Notes: generated by a model not told the origin, from the letters alone. Numbered from the stretch's first letter, positions 7,893 to 19,695 are shown. The stretch is DNA of 64,000 nucleotides from Candidatus Versatilivorator sp. (GCA_965207735.1 OZ242296.1:2592001-2656000), one strand, 5' to 3'. Program-made: numbers and translations.

Positions 7893-10352
7893 TCATCCGG
7901 TCAGAGCCCATCGGCAGACGTCGTCGAAGTGGTCGGCAAACCTCACGCACAGCCCCTTCCTCAAGTAGTCCGGAAGTTCCTCGTAGTCCTTGCGGTTGCC
8001 TTCGGGGAAAAGCAAGCCGACCAGGCCGGCCCGCCGCGCCGCAATCACCTTCTCCCTGACACCTCCGATGGGCAGTACCCGGCCGGTGAGTGTCAACTCT
8101 CCCGTCATGGCCAGGCCTTGCCCGACCGGCTTGCCCTGGATCAGGGAGACCAGGGCCGTGGCCATGGTGATTCCGGCGGAGGGGCCGTCCTTGGGAATAG
8201 CACCGGCCGGAACATGCAGGTGAACGAAGTGGCGGTCACAAAATTCGACATCGCGGGACAGCTTCGACATGCGGGACATGACGTAGGAGTAGGCAATTTC
8301 GGAACTCTCTACCATCACCTCTCCCAGTTGTCCCGTCTGCTTGAACCCCCTTCGATGGCTGGCCACAGCCGTCGCCTCCACCTGCAAGGTCACGCCACCC
8401 AGGCTGGTCCAGGCCAGGCCCGTCACCACCCCGGGGGCATGCGGTGCGAGTTCGTCCGCCCTGTGGATGGGTTTTCCCAGGTAAGCTTCGATATTCTTGG
8501 GGGTGACCACAATCTTTTTGCTGGAGTCCTGCGATAGCTCCAGCGCCGCCTTGCGTGCGATTTTCCTGATCAGATTCTCCAGGCTGCGGACCCCAGCCTC
8601 GCGAGCATAGCCATCGATCATGAAGGTGAGCGCCGCCTTGCGAATGCCGATCCGGGCCCGAGTCAAACCGTGGTTGCGGATCGACTTGGGAATGAGGAAG
8701 CGCCGCGCAATCTCCAATTTCTCTTCCAGGATGTACCCCGACAGCCGGATCGCTTCCATACGATCCAACAGTGGCAATGGAATCGTATCGGTTCGGTTGG
8801 CCGTCACAACAAACAGGACATTGGACAGATCGAAGGGAACGTCCAGATAGTGGTCTCGGAAACTGCCGTTCTGCTCGGGATCCAGAACTTCCAGCAGGGC
8901 CGAGGCGGGGTCACCGCGAAACGAAGCCCCGATCTTGTCGATTTCGTCCAGCATGATGACCGGGTTGGAGGTGCCGGCGGTCTTGAGGGCCTGGATGAAT
9001 TTCCCGGGCATCGCGCCGATATAGGTGCGCCGGTGCCCCTTGATTTCCGCCTCATCTCTCATGCCGCCCAAGGAAAAGCGATAGAAGCGGCGACCCAAGG
9101 CCGCCGCAATGCTCTTGCCTACGGAAGTCTTTCCCACCCCCGGAGGCCCTGCCAGGCAAATAATCGAACCCGAGATATCCCCTTTCATCTTGCCCACGGC
9201 TATGAATTCCAGGATTCGTTGCTTGACGTCCTCCAAACCATAATGGTCGCGGTCCAATACCCTTCGGGCCCGGCTCAGGTCATAGGAATCGCGACTGTAT
9301 TTCCCCCAGGGAAGCACCGTGAGCCACTCCAGATAGTTCCGGGTCACCGTATATTCCGGAGAGGTGGTCTCCAGTATTTTCAGCTTGCCCAGTTCATCTT
9401 CGATCACCCCCTGGACTTCGGGTGTCAGCTTCAGCGACTCCAGGCGCTCCTCGAACTTTTCGATCTCGGTAGTTTTTCCTTCCTTCTCCAGACCCAATTC
9501 TCTCTTGATCGCCTTGAGTTGCTCCTTGAGAAAAAACTCCCTTTGCTGAGTGGAAATCTTCTCCTCGATTTGCGTGGTGATCTTCTTTTGCAGCCTGGAG
9601 AGATCCAACTCTCTTCGCAGCAAGGTCAGCACCCGGTTGATCCGGTGACGAACATCGAACGTCTCCAGAATCTTCTGCAGTTCCCAACCCTCGGCCGTTG
9701 TCAGATGGGCCGCAAAGTCGGCCAATTTCCCCGGATCCTCCAAACTGGATCGGCTCAAGAACAGCTTGATGGCCTCGGATTGCAGCGGATCCAGCTTCAC
9801 CAGTTCCTTGAGACTGGAGATGATTGCCATTGAGTAGGCCTTGAGCTCGAGGTTGACCGAGAGTTCCGCGGCGTAGTGATATTCCACCCGGGCAAACAGG
9901 CCCGCTTCTCCCAAATCCATGGCTTGGACAGTGAAGCGTTCCAGGCAATTCACCAGCACATGGGTGATGTCCGGCTCGACCTGGACGGCTTTGACGATCT
10001 TGGCCGCCACCCCGACCTGAAAGAGATTTTCCGGACTTTCCTCGGCCTCCGAGTCTTTGAAAAGCACCAGACCCAAAGTCTGGTCGGAGGAATCCGCCGC
10101 CCGCTTTAACGCAGCCAGCGGCAACTTTCCCGTGACTTCCAGTGGAACCGGCAGTCCCGGGAAAAACGGCCGCGGCCTCACCGCCAGGATCGGGATCCTG
10201 GCAGGCAAGAGTTTGGTGGCCAGCACCAATCCGGAATCCTCTTGCCCGGATGGCCCGGAGTCGGTCCCTTTTTCCGAATCGAGGTTTCTGTCGGAGTGAT
10301 TGCCGTTGGCAAGGGTGTCCTCGGTATCGGATTTTGGCTTCCCGTCGCTCAT
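7893..10352 (-). CDS. lon: ATP-dependent Lon protease
   Basis: [34 protein letters not shown] catalytic Ser; start re-called to ATG 10352. Confidence 0.96.
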   Translation of the reverse strand: MSDGKPKSDTEDTLANGNHSDRNLDSEKGTDSGPSGQEDSGLVLATKLLPARIPILAVRPRPFFPGLPVPLEVTGKLPLAALKRAADSSDQTLGLVLFKDSEAEESPENLFQVGVAAKIVKAVQVEPDITHVLVNCLERFTVQAMDLGEAGLFARVEYHYAAELSVNLELKAYSMAIISSLKELVKLDPLQSEAIKLFLSRSSLEDPGKLADFAAHLTTAEGWELQKILETFDVRHRINRVLTLLRRELDLSRLQKKITTQIEEKISTQQREFFLKEQLKAIKRELGLEKEGKTTEIEKFEERLESLKLTPEVQGVIEDELGKLKILETTSPEYTVTRNYLEWLTVLPWGKYSRDSYDLSRARRVLDRDHYGLEDVKQRILEFIAVGKMKGDISGSIICLAGPPGVGKTSVGKSIAAALGRRFYRFSLGGMRDEAEIKGHRRTYIGAMPGKFIQALKTAGTSNPVIMLDEIDKIGASFRGDPASALLEVLDPEQNGSFRDHYLDVPFDLSNVLFVVTANRTDTIPLPLLDRMEAIRLSGYILEEKLEIARRFLIPKSIRNHGLTRARIGIRKAALTFMIDGYAREAGVRSLENLIRKIARKAALELSQDSSKKIVVTPKNIEAYLGKPIHRADELAPHAPGVVTGLAWTSLGGVTLQVEATAVASHRRGFKQTGQLGEVMVESSEIAYSYVMSRMSKLSRDVEFCDRHFVHLHVPAGAIPKDGPSAGITMATALVSLIQGKPVGQGLAMTGELTLTGRVLPIGGVREKVIAARRAGLVGLLFPEGNRKDYEELPDYLRKGLCVRFADHFDDVCRWALTG

Positions 10353-10474
10353 CAAGTTCCTCCGCAGGTCGGCTCTTGGACTTCCGGCGGCCCCAGCCCC
10401 CATTTCTCACCAGGTCGCTGGATCCATCTTAGCAAGAAGTCCTTGGCTGTCCGTTGCTTTTGTCCGCTATCTGT

Positions 10475-10514
10475 ATTCGTGTATATTCGTGGTTCGCCTT
10501 CATTCGTCTTCATT
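10475..10514. repeat. Solo arm of the CACGAAT inverted-repeat family
   Basis: attcgtgtatattcgtggttcg...cttcatt matches 6039-6068. Confidence 0.65.
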
Positions 10515-10618
10515 AACGATCGGCTGTTTCTGCTCTGAATGACCCGCAAGGCAGGTTGGGTGCCGGATCTGCCTCAGACAACAGCAACCGGGGCGGCAAT
10601 GCAGCACAACCCTCGCTC

Positions 10619-12163
10619 ATGATCACCGATCCCCCTTTGACCGCGGGGCCGGAATCGATGGTTCCGGCAGTCCTGGCGATCTCGGTAGCACTGATCACCC
10701 GGAAGATCTTTCTCGGACTTGGAATCGGTGTGATCGCGGGCGCTCTTGTGGCCCAGGGAGGAGACCCCGGCAGCTCCCTGGCAGCAATCTACCGCTATCT
10801 ATATTCCGCTGTCTTCGACCAGAGTCATTCCGCCATCGTAATCTTTTCTTTTCTGGTTGCCGCCACGGCCACCATGCTGACCGACAGTGGCGCCGTCACG
10901 GCCTTGATTCTTCGACTGGGAAGGCTGAGCAGCCGGCGCCGGAGTCTCATGGGGGCAAGCTGGTTGGCCGGATTGGTCGTCTTTTTTGACGACTATGCCA
11001 ACTGCCTGGTTGTCGGAAAGTCCTTTGCCCCGATTTTTGACCGCTGCAGGATTTCTCGTGAAAAACTGGCCTACATTGTCGATTCCACGGCCGCTCCCAT
11101 CGCCTCGATTGCGGTGATTTCCACCTGGATCGGCTTCGAGCTGGAACTCATCGGCAAGGCCCTGCAAGGCCTGCCTGCGCCCGACTCCGCATTCTCTGTC
11201 TTTCTACAGTCCATCCCCTACCGTTTTTACAGTATTTTCACCCTGGCCTTTGTCGCCTGCATTGCCTTTACCGGCAGAGATTTCGGGGCAATGGCCCGGG
11301 CGGAACTCAAGGCCGCCGGACGATCGCAACCCCAACCGGACCCGCAAGAGTCCGCTCCGGATCCCCGGTTGGCATGGCTGGCCTTGACGGCCATCGGCCT
11401 CCTTGTCCTGGCGACCCTGGTTACCCTCGTTCTTGGCGGATGGTCCAGTACGGTCGGCGCCGGCAAACCGATCACCGTTCTGGAGATCATCGGCAACTCG
11501 GATCCCTTTCAATCCATCCTGGTCGGCTCAGCCTCCGCCTTCGGTTTTACCGTTCTGGCCTTTCTCAAACTTGGAGCTCACTCGATGGGTTTCCTGTTGC
11601 GGTCCGTCGGCGCTGGTTTTCGTTCCATCCTGGGAGCACTGACTGTTCTCTATCTGGCCTGGACCCTGGGCAATGCACTGGAGGAAGCCGGAACGGCCAC
11701 CTACTTTTCCTCACTGATGCAGACCACCGTCCCGCCCTGGATCTTGCCCGGCCTTTCCTTTCTCCTGGCGGCGGGCACGAGCTTTTCCACGGGATCGTCA
11801 TTCGGAACCATGGGGATCCTGATCCCCATCATCCTTCCCCTGGCCGTCGCCCTGGGCACAGGCAGCGACGGAAGCATTCTCTACGCCGCGACCGGCTCCG
11901 TCCTGGCCGGCGCCTCCCTGGGCGACCACATATCACCCCTTTCCGACACTACAGTCCTGTCGGCTGCCGGGGCCGGGGTCGACGTCATCAGTCACACCCG
12001 AACCCAACTTCCCTATGCATGCACCGTGGGGACCGTGGCTCTGTTTTTGGGTTACCTGCCGGTGGGCCTGGGGATTTCCCCCTGGGTATTGCTTCCCTGC
12101 GGTATCGCCGTTTGCATGCTGGTCGTTCGATTCCTGGGCCGGCCGCTTACTTATGCGGGCTAA
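10619..12163 (+). CDS. Na+/H+ antiporter NhaC-family / putative amino-acid transporter
   Basis: FFDDYAN.LVVG, SREKLAYIVDSTAAP, FSTGSSFGTMGIL, GDHISPLSDTT; many TM segments; start uncertain. Confidence 0.88.
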   Translation: MITDPPLTAGPESMVPAVLAISVALITRKIFLGLGIGVIAGALVAQGGDPGSSLAAIYRYLYSAVFDQSHSAIVIFSFLVAATATMLTDSGAVTALILRLGRLSSRRRSLMGASWLAGLVVFFDDYANCLVVGKSFAPIFDRCRISREKLAYIVDSTAAPIASIAVISTWIGFELELIGKALQGLPAPDSAFSVFLQSIPYRFYSIFTLAFVACIAFTGRDFGAMARAELKAAGRSQPQPDPQESAPDPRLAWLALTAIGLLVLATLVTLVLGGWSSTVGAGKPITVLEIIGNSDPFQSILVGSASAFGFTVLAFLKLGAHSMGFLLRSVGAGFRSILGALTVLYLAWTLGNALEEAGTATYFSSLMQTTVPPWILPGLSFLLAAGTSFSTGSSFGTMGILIPIILPLAVALGTGSDGSILYAATGSVLAGASLGDHISPLSDTTVLSAAGAGVDVISHTRTQLPYACTVGTVALFLGYLPVGLGISPWVLLPCGIAVCMLVVRFLGRPLTYAG

Positions 12164-14370
12164 ACCCGTTCCAGGCGTGCGTACTTGACCAGGAGCTTCT
12201 TCAGGCCGTGGCGGGGAAAGAGCACGGTGAGCTTGCAATCGTCGCCTTCGCCCTGGCAACGGACCACACTGCCGATGCCATAGGTGCGGTGCCGAACCCT
12301 GTGGCCCTGCTTGAAGCGGCCAACTTCAATTCCCGTCTTCCTGGGAGCCAGGTCGATGCGCTTCCCTCGCTGCTTGTAAAATTGCCGAATGCTGTCGGCA
12401 TCGTTATAGGTAGGTCCGTCAAAGCTTTTCCTGACAGACTTGGGGGCTCCCCAGGTTTTCTGCAGGAGATCGGAAGGGATCTCGGAGATGAAACAGGAGG
12501 GCGCAGTCCGGTTGAAACTCTCGCCCCCCAGGAAACGCCGAAACTTGGCCCGGGTCAACAGTAGCTTTCGGCGGGCCCGGGTCAGAGCGACATAACAGAG
12601 CCGGCGTTCTTCCTCGAGCCCTTCCTGATTAAGAAGCGAGCGGCTGTGGGGAAAGAGGTCCTCCTCCAGCCCGGCCAGGCAAACCAGCGGGAACTCCAAT
12701 CCCTTGGCGCTGTGAATGGTCATCAGCGTCACCGTGGCATCCTCATCGAAATCGTCCGTGTCTGAAACCAGGGCGGCATGATCCAGGAATTCCCGCAGAT
12801 TTTCACCCCGATTCTGGCTGTCCCGAGCGGCAATCACCAGTTCCTGCAGGTTCTCCAAGCGGGAGCGGGCCTCCTCCGTATCCTCGGCTTGAAGCCACTG
12901 CCGGTAACCGGACCGATCCAGGATGATCTGGATCAACTCCGACAGGGGCCTGGTCTCCAACTCGCTCCTGAATTGACGAATCTGCATGCAAAAAGGAGTC
13001 AAGGCCTTCAAGGCCCTGGCGGGCAGGGTTTTCTTTTCGACCGCTTGTTCCACCACCTCCCACAGAGAGAGATTCGAGTCCCGGGACTCCTTTTCCAGGG
13101 CGTCGACGGTCACCCTGCCGATGCCGCGCGGTGGAGTGTTGATCACCCGCAGCAGGCTGACGCGGTCGTGCGGATTCAGGGTCAAATTGAGGTAAGCCAG
13201 CAGATCCTTGATCTCCGCTCTCTCATAAAAGCTGAATCCCCCCACAATTGAATATTTAACACCGCAACGCCGGCAGGCCTCTTCGAAATAGCGCGACTGG
13301 AAGTTGGTCCGGTAGAGTACGCCCACCGGCTCATTGCGTTCGGAACGTTGGTGAGCAAGGATCTGTTGAACCACAAACAGCGCTTCGGCCTCCGGGTCCT
13401 CGGCTTCGTAATACCCGATCAGGGCTCCGGCAACCTGATCCGTCCAGAGCTTCTTTCCCTTGCGAGCCCGGTTGTGAGCGACCACTGCGCCGGCGGCGGC
13501 CAGAATGGTCTTGGTGGAACGGTAGTTCTGCTCCAGCTTGATCACCCGGCTCGCGGGATAGTCCTTCTCGAAGCTCAGGATGTTCTGGATGTCGGCTCCG
13601 CGCCAGCTATAGATGGACTGATCCTCATCTCCCACCACGCAGACATTCTGACGGGATTGGGTCAACAGCCGGATCAGTTCATATTGGGGCCGATTGGTGT
13701 CCTGGTACTCATCCACCATCAGGTAGGCGAAACGTTCATTGAGACCCAGCCTGACTGCTTCCTGGCTCCGCAGCAGCTCCACCGTCTTCAACAGCAGGTC
13801 ATCGAAGTCCAGCGCGTTGGCTTCCCGCAGCTTCTTCTGGTAGAGATCGAAGACCAGCGACAACCGCTCGCCCTTGGGATCGTAGGCCTGGGCATACAGT
13901 TCGCGGGGACTCCGGCCGCGGTTCTTGGACTCGGAAATCCGGGAAAGCGCCCACCGCGGTGAAAAAGCCTGGTCAGGCAACTCCAATTCCTTGAGGCAAT
14001 TCTTGATCAGAGTCAACTGGTCGGCCTGGTCGTAGATCGAAAAGTCGCTCCCATAGCCCAATGGGCCGATGTTCGGACGCAGGACCCGTACACAGAACGA
14101 GTGGAAGGTGGAGATGTGAGGGTCGGCCCCACGCCCGCGGCGCAACAGACCTCTAACGCGGACCTTCATCTGCTCCGCGGCCTTGTTGGTGAAGGTCACC
14201 GCCAGGATTCCATCGGCCCGGACCTGCTTGTTTTCGATCAGATGTGCAATTCGGTAGGTAATAACGCGTGTCTTGCCGCTCCCGGCTCCCGCCAGGATCA
14301 GCAAGGGGCCTTCGATCGTTTCGACAGCCCGCAACTGTTCAGGATTGAGTTGTGTTTCCAGTCGCAGCAT
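12160..14370 (-). CDS. pcrA: UvrD/PcrA DNA helicase
   Basis: AGAGSGKT, TFTNKAA, VDEYQD, VGDEDQSIY, EQNYRS, HSAKGLEF, EERRLCYVALTRA, C-terminal Tudor domain. Confidence 0.95.
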   Translation of the reverse strand: MLRLETQLNPEQLRAVETIEGPLLILAGAGSGKTRVITYRIAHLIENKQVRADGILAVTFTNKAAEQMKVRVRGLLRRGRGADPHISTFHSFCVRVLRPNIGPLGYGSDFSIYDQADQLTLIKNCLKELELPDQAFSPRWALSRISESKNRGRSPRELYAQAYDPKGERLSLVFDLYQKKLREANALDFDDLLLKTVELLRSQEAVRLGLNERFAYLMVDEYQDTNRPQYELIRLLTQSRQNVCVVGDEDQSIYSWRGADIQNILSFEKDYPASRVIKLEQNYRSTKTILAAAGAVVAHNRARKGKKLWTDQVAGALIGYYEAEDPEAEALFVVQQILAHQRSERNEPVGVLYRTNFQSRYFEEACRRCGVKYSIVGGFSFYERAEIKDLLAYLNLTLNPHDRVSLLRVINTPPRGIGRVTVDALEKESRDSNLSLWEVVEQAVEKKTLPARALKALTPFCMQIRQFRSELETRPLSELIQIILDRSGYRQWLQAEDTEEARSRLENLQELVIAARDSQNRGENLREFLDHAALVSDTDDFDEDATVTLMTIHSAKGLEFPLVCLAGLEEDLFPHSRSLLNQEGLEEERRLCYVALTRARRKLLLTRAKFRRFLGGESFNRTAPSCFISEIPSDLLQKTWGAPKSVRKSFDGPTYNDADSIRQFYKQRGKRIDLAPRKTGIEVGRFKQGHRVRHRTYGIGSVVRCQGEGDDCKLTVLFPRHGLKKLLVKYARLERV

Positions 14371-14507
14371 GGAGCAAGGGGATGGGAACCTGCAAAAAAC
14401 CGGGCAAAGGAGGGAGCGGAAGCCCAACCAGCAGGATCGGTTCCATTGTAGAAACCGGCCGGTGAAAAATCAATTTGGCATTGCCAACTGCCAACTGCCG
14501 ATGGGGA

Positions 14508-15965
14508 CTACCTTTGCCAGAAGGCAGGGGTAAATATGACGAGCACCGTGTAAAACTCCAGGCGCCCGGCCAGCATGCAAAAACTCAGAACCCACTTGGC
14601 GAACGCCGGCAACCCCCCATAACCCTCGACCGGCCCCACGTTCCCCAATCCGGGACCGATGTTGAACATGGCGGCGGCCACGGCGGCGATGCTGGTAAAG
14701 ACATCCACACCGGAGGCCGCCAGCAGGATGCAACCCAGGAAGTTGACCAAAAAGGAAAGATAGACCAGATTCAGAAGGCTGCGGACAGCCGTTTCCGGAA
14801 TAACCCCTTTGCCTACACGAACCGCGAACACGCCGCGGCGCTCGACCATGCGTTCGAATTCGCGAATCACCACCTTGTAGAGCAACACCATCCGAGAAGT
14901 CTTCAGTCCTCCTGAAGTCGATCCAGTGCATCCACCCATAAACATGAGCGCCAGCAGCATCAACTGCGGCAGGGGCAGCCACTGGGCAAAATTGTCCGTG
15001 GTAAAGCCGGTGGTGGTGGTGATGGCCGTCACCTGAAAAAGGGCTCTTCTGAAGGCCATTGCCGGAGCGTAACCACTCTTCAAGGCCAAAATGACAGCGA
15101 TCACAAGGCTGGACGAGACGACTATGAAAAGTAACGTCCTTAGCTCGAAATCGGAAATAAATCTCCCGGGACGACGTTCGACCCAAAGACGGTAGTGGAG
15201 AGTAAAGTTGATGCTCCCCAACAACATGAACACGACAATGATGTATTCAATCAGCGGACTGTCAAATGCCCCGACACTGGCGGTTCGGGTTGAAAACCCT
15301 CCCGTGGCCACTGTGGAGAAGGAATGGCACAAGGCGTCGAAAGAACCCATTCCCGCCCAGCGGAGCGCCAGGAACTCTGCCAGGGTCAGGAGAACATAGA
15401 TCTTCCAAAGCGCTTGGGCGGTATGAGCGATTCGCGGCTTGAGCTTTTCCGACCTGGCTCCTGAAAACTCGGCTCGGTACAACGTCATTCCACCCATACC
15501 GAGCAACGGCAGAATGGCAATCCCGAGCAGCACGATCCCCATGCCTCCCAGCCAGTGGGAAAAGCACCTCCAGAACTGCAGGTCCCGGGGAAGGCTCTCG
15601 ATGTCCCTGAGAATGGTGGCGCCACTCGCCGTAAACCCGGAGGTGGCTTCAAAGAAAGCGTCGGTGAAACTGGAGAAATAGGCAGGAGAGAAATAAAAGG
15701 GCAGAGCGCCGAAAACGCTCACCGCCAGCCAGACGCAAAAGACCAACAGCAGCCCCTCGCGTCTGTTCAAGTCCCTGGAGGGACGAGGAAGACCGAAGAA
15801 GAGGGCGCTGCCGATTCCGGCAGTGACCACGGCGGCATAGGCCAGCGGAGCCGGACCGCCATGACTCCAAAGGCTGAAAGCCAGAGGAACCAGGAGGGTG
15901 CCACTGAGAGCCAGCAGGAACTGACCCAGGATATAACCGAGGGCAGCGGGCCGTATCACACCCAT
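14508..15965 (-). CDS. trkH: Trk potassium uptake membrane protein
   Basis: FFEATSGFT, WLGGMGI, ATGGFS, GGCTGSTSGGLK, NIGPGLG, MLAGRLE. Confidence 0.95.
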   Translation of the reverse strand: MGVIRPAALGYILGQFLLALSGTLLVPLAFSLWSHGGPAPLAYAAVVTAGIGSALFFGLPRPSRDLNRREGLLLVFCVWLAVSVFGALPFYFSPAYFSSFTDAFFEATSGFTASGATILRDIESLPRDLQFWRCFSHWLGGMGIVLLGIAILPLLGMGGMTLYRAEFSGARSEKLKPRIAHTAQALWKIYVLLTLAEFLALRWAGMGSFDALCHSFSTVATGGFSTRTASVGAFDSPLIEYIIVVFMLLGSINFTLHYRLWVERRPGRFISDFELRTLLFIVVSSSLVIAVILALKSGYAPAMAFRRALFQVTAITTTTGFTTDNFAQWLPLPQLMLLALMFMGGCTGSTSGGLKTSRMVLLYKVVIREFERMVERRGVFAVRVGKGVIPETAVRSLLNLVYLSFLVNFLGCILLAASGVDVFTSIAAVAAAMFNIGPGLGNVGPVEGYGGLPAFAKWVLSFCMLAGRLEFYTVLVIFTPAFWQR

Positions 15966-17332
15966 TCCCTTCGGGCGTCAGCCAGGAAGGCGGACTCAAG
16001 CAGCGGAACGGTACTCTCCAGGGTACAGAAGATGACCCGGTCTCCCGCCTGAATAGTGGCTTCGCCCCTTGGGACCACCACCTCACCGTTGGGCCGAGCG
16101 ATGGCGCCAACTATGGCGCCGCGGGGAAGGCGAACTTCTCGCAAGCTTCGGCCGACGTATTTGGAGCCCTCGGCCGCAATCAACTCGATCGCCTCGGCCT
16201 CCACCTCACGAAACGTGGTCACCGAGAGCACTCGACCCTTGCGCACAAACTGGAGGATTCGGTCGACCGCCGCCAGGCGAAGGCTGACGGTCGTATTGAT
16301 GCCTAGACGCTGCGCCATGGGGAGGTAGTTCAGCCGATTGATGAGGGCTACCACCTTTTTTGCACCCAGCTTTCGAGCCAGCAGGGAAGCAATGAGGTTG
16401 TCCTCGTCATCGTCGGTCATGGCCAGGAACGCTCCCGCGCCCTTGATGTTTTCTTCCGCCAGGATCGATTCGTCGGTACCGTCCGCGTGGAGGACAACCG
16501 TCTTGCGAAGAATCTGAGAAATCCTTTCGCAGCGGGCGATATCCCGCTCGAAAAGTTTTACCGACACGCCCCGGGGTTCCAACAACTCGGCCACCCGGAT
16601 ACCTACCTGCTTGCCACCCACGATGTAGACCCGATCCAGGGACTCCTGGGTTTGGAGCCCCATGAACTGACACACGGGCTCCAGTTCGTCGGCCGTGGTA
16701 ACAATGTAGACATGGTCCCCAGGCTTCAGAACTTCGGCTCCATGGGGGACAATGACCTGCTGCCCTCGGAAGATCAGGGCGATGAGAGAATTCTTGGGCG
16801 GCCCCGCGCGATCCAGGTCCTCAACCGTCTTGTGGGCGACCCAGCTCTTCTCCTCGATATTCATTCCAAAGAGCTTTACCCGACCCTCGGCAAAGTCGAT
16901 CACGTCGGAGACGCCGGGCAAGCGCACCACTCGCAGGATGCGATCGGCAATCTCGGTTTCCGGGTGAATGATCAGGTCGATGTGTAGTCCAGCTCTCTGG
17001 AGTATTCTCCTCCAGTAGTTGACTTCGTGGGTACGGAGCCGCGCCACCTTGAACTTCACGTCCGACTCCACCGAAGCAATCAGACAAACCAGGACATTGA
17101 TCTGATCCTGACTGGTCAGTGCAATCAGCATATCGGCGTTGCGAATATCCGCCTCGTGCAGAGCGCGAATGCTGGCGGCATTGCCATGAATCACCTTGGC
17201 GTCCAGCGTTTCCTCCAGTTGGTGGCAGCGGTCGAGGTTCTGCTCAACCAGCACCACCTCGTTACCCTCGCGAATCAAGCGCGTGGCAACGAGCGAAGCG
17301 GCCTGTCCGCCGCCGGCAATCAGGATTCTCAT
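15956..17332 (-). CDS. trkA: Trk potassium uptake NAD-binding subunit
   Basis: Two RCK N/C repeats (MRILIAGGG; IVGGKQVG), 458 aa, adjacent to trkH. Confidence 0.93.
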   Translation of the reverse strand: MRILIAGGGQAASLVATRLIREGNEVVLVEQNLDRCHQLEETLDAKVIHGNAASIRALHEADIRNADMLIALTSQDQINVLVCLIASVESDVKFKVARLRTHEVNYWRRILQRAGLHIDLIIHPETEIADRILRVVRLPGVSDVIDFAEGRVKLFGMNIEEKSWVAHKTVEDLDRAGPPKNSLIALIFRGQQVIVPHGAEVLKPGDHVYIVTTADELEPVCQFMGLQTQESLDRVYIVGGKQVGIRVAELLEPRGVSVKLFERDIARCERISQILRKTVVLHADGTDESILAEENIKGAGAFLAMTDDDEDNLIASLLARKLGAKKVVALINRLNYLPMAQRLGINTTVSLRLAAVDRILQFVRKGRVLSVTTFREVEAEAIELIAAEGSKYVGRSLREVRLPRGAIVGAIARPNGEVVVPRGEATIQAGDRVIFCTLESTVPLLESAFLADARREWV

Positions 17333-17653
17333 GGCCTTGGAAAGTGTCTTTGAAGGACAACCAGCAACGAGAAGTCTCTCTGGCTGGAGTGGTACACGGC
17401 TTACCGATATTGGAAGGTGGTTCTACTGACTGAATATATATTGAGGAATGCCGGCGCGGAATGTCAAGGACTGTCGGCCGAAGCCAATCGGGCGATTTCC
17501 AATGGCTTGCACTCACGGGTTGCGCCCACGGTTAAATGCGGCAGCGGGAACTCTGCCGGGAATGGCCACAAAAGGCACAAGAAGAAAGGCAGACCATCAC
17601 GTTTGCCGGCAAAATGACATGCCCCGTTGCGAATCTTGCAAGAGGCTCGCGGG

Positions 17654-18694
17654 TCAAAGGCGGATGTTATAGAAATAGGTGAACTGGAGGGTGAGACGGT
17701 CCTTCTTGAAAGCGTCGGGAAAGTTGGGCAAGGGCTCCGACAGCTTCAGGGAGGATATGGCCGAGCGGTCGTAGGGAGAAAAATTGGAGCTGCGCACGAC
17801 TTCCAGTTCTTCAAGACTTCCGTTTCTGCGAACGTCGAACACAATCACCACCACCCCTTTGAGGCCACTGCGATACGCTTGGGGAATCACCGAGTACCAG
17901 TTCTTGCGGACCCTGAAATAGACCGCCGTCAACCAGGGGCCGAAATTGACCCCCTGAGTATCCGAAAGGATGGTGGGCCGCTCGACCGAGAAATCGGGCT
18001 GGCGTCTGCCGAAGTCGGCCCCGGTGCGACCTTCACCCGGGCCTTCCCTGGCTTGCCGGCTACGGATACTCCGCCCTGCCTCGGAACCTGGCGCAGTCCC
18101 TCCAGGGAGCCGCAATCCCGCGTAGAGATCCTTCAGGCTGGACTTGAGACCCTTCCCCTCGGGGGTAGCGGCAAGGGGGCTGGATGACTCGATACTGCCG
18201 GCTTTCTTGCGGCTGGGTCCCTCGGCTTGCCCATCGGTTTCCGCGCTCAACGACGGTTGAGGGTCGGGAAGCGATGTTTGGGGGGGTTGGGGATCGGTGG
18301 GTTCCGGCTTCGGGTCCGGAGGTCCGGGCTCCTCGGCGATCGCGGGTTTTTCTGCCTGCTTCAGGCCGGGGTCGGGTTCGGGAACCCGAAGAGCCTCGGC
18401 GGTGCGAGGCCGAGACATCCGGCTTTTCTCAGGAACATTCGGCCTGACAGGAGGCGGCGCCCGCAGGACTTTTTCATATTCCCTGGGAAGAGCCAGAAAC
18501 CCCAGCCGCTTGGCCCTATCCTGATCCGGTGTTTCGGGAGGATCGGGTTGAGACAGGATGTCGGGGCCCAATGCCACCCAGATGACAAGCAGCAGGTGAG
18601 CGACGAGCGACATCAGAAAAGCTTCACGACTTCGCTGACCGGTTTTCTCGCCGGGAGCTGGCGAGAGCAACCAACGCGGTTCGTCCTTTTTCAT
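17654..18694 (-). CDS. TonB/TolA-family energy transducer
   Basis: SLVAHLLL transmembrane motif, Pro-rich linker, C-terminal TonB_C-like domain; ATG 18694 overlaps the upstream stop (ATGA). Confidence 0.8.
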   Translation of the reverse strand: MKKDEPRWLLSPAPGEKTGQRSREAFLMSLVAHLLLVIWVALGPDILSQPDPPETPDQDRAKRLGFLALPREYEKVLRAPPPVRPNVPEKSRMSRPRTAEALRVPEPDPGLKQAEKPAIAEEPGPPDPKPEPTDPQPPQTSLPDPQPSLSAETDGQAEGPSRKKAGSIESSSPLAATPEGKGLKSSLKDLYAGLRLPGGTAPGSEAGRSIRSRQAREGPGEGRTGADFGRRQPDFSVERPTILSDTQGVNFGPWLTAVYFRVRKNWYSVIPQAYRSGLKGVVVIVFDVRRNGSLEELEVVRSSNFSPYDRSAISSLKLSEPLPNFPDAFKKDRLTLQFTYFYNIRL

Positions 18695-19695
18695 GATTCG
18701 GAAGGTGGGGCCGACCACTGCCGCCGGTGAGGGAGCGAGAGCAAACTGGCGTGCTCCTGAATCCTTGTGGCCACTCCATGAGCCAGAGCCAGGGCCGCCC
18801 GGCTGCTTTCGGCCGAGACCTCCGGCGGCCTCCGGGTCCGAACAGATTGCAGGAAGGATTCCAATTCGGCCCTGAGCGGTTCCGTCCTTTCCGTCTCGAT
18901 CCTGCGAGGCAGAATGAGGGGAGGTTCACCCGCCGGTCGATTCTCGACACTCAGCACCACCACATCCTGCCGCGAGAAATCCAAGGATATGTATTGGTTC
19001 TTCTGAAAGAAGCGCAGCTTTCGCACCTTTTCCGTACTCACCCGGCTGGCGGTCACGTTGGCGACGCAACCATTGGCAAACTCTATTCTAGCGTTGGCGA
19101 TATCCACTTTGTCGGTAAGGATGGGCAAACCGACGGCACTCACTCGTTCCACAGGGCTGCGCACGAAGTCCAGAACCAGATCCAGGTCGTGAATCATCAG
19201 ATCCGAAACCACATCGATATCCAGGCTGCGCGCGGCAAAGACCCCCAGACGATGCACTTCGAAGAAGAGGGGAGTCGTCAACAACTTTCGGGCTGCCACC
19301 ACGGCAGGATTGAAGCGCTCCAGATGGCCTACTTGCAGGACGCGGCCATGCTGGTTCGCGGCTTCGATCAAGGCATCGGCCTCCGCCAGCGAGGAGGCAA
19401 TCGGCTTCTCCACCAGCACATCGACTCCCCGGGTCAACAGGTCTATGCCGATCGATGCATGCTCCCGGGTAGGGGTGGCCAGGCTCACGGCGGAGACTTC
19501 GCCCGACAGAGCCCGGTAGCTGTCGTAAGCCCGGGTGGAAAATTCGGCGGCAACCGCTCGGGCCGTCTCCAGGTTCTTGTCCACCACTCCAACGAGCTCA
19601 ACGTTCTCCAGCCGCGAGAGAACCCGCACATGCTGCCGTCCGAGGTAGCCCGTTCCGATGACCGCCGCCTTGACCTTGTCCATAGGCAGGTACAC
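18691..19695 (-). CDS. Gfo/Idh/MocA oxidoreductase, GnnA-like UDP-GlcNAc 3-dehydrogenase candidate
   Basis: GTGYLG, VEKP, GHLERFNPA, DLMIHDLD, TASRVS; directly downstream of lpxI. Confidence 0.8.
   Translation of the reverse strand: MYLPMDKVKAAVIGTGYLGRQHVRVLSRLENVELVGVVDKNLETARAVAAEFSTRAYDSYRALSGEVSAVSLATPTREHASIGIDLLTRGVDVLVEKPIASSLAEADALIEAANQHGRVLQVGHLERFNPAVVAARKLLTTPLFFEVHRLGVFAARSLDIDVVSDLMIHDLDLVLDFVRSPVERVSAVGLPILTDKVDIANARIEFANGCVANVTASRVSTEKVRKLRFFQKNQYISLDFSRQDVVVLSVENRPAGEPPLILPRRIETERTEPLRAELESFLQSVRTRRPPEVSAESSRAALALAHGVATRIQEHASLLSLPHRRQWSAPPSES

Noticed and set aside
17333-17653. c-di-AMP (ydaO) riboswitch upstream of trkA
   Set aside because: Consensus not found; only a TTGACA with a poor -10 and a short ccacaaaaggcacaa repeat remnant.
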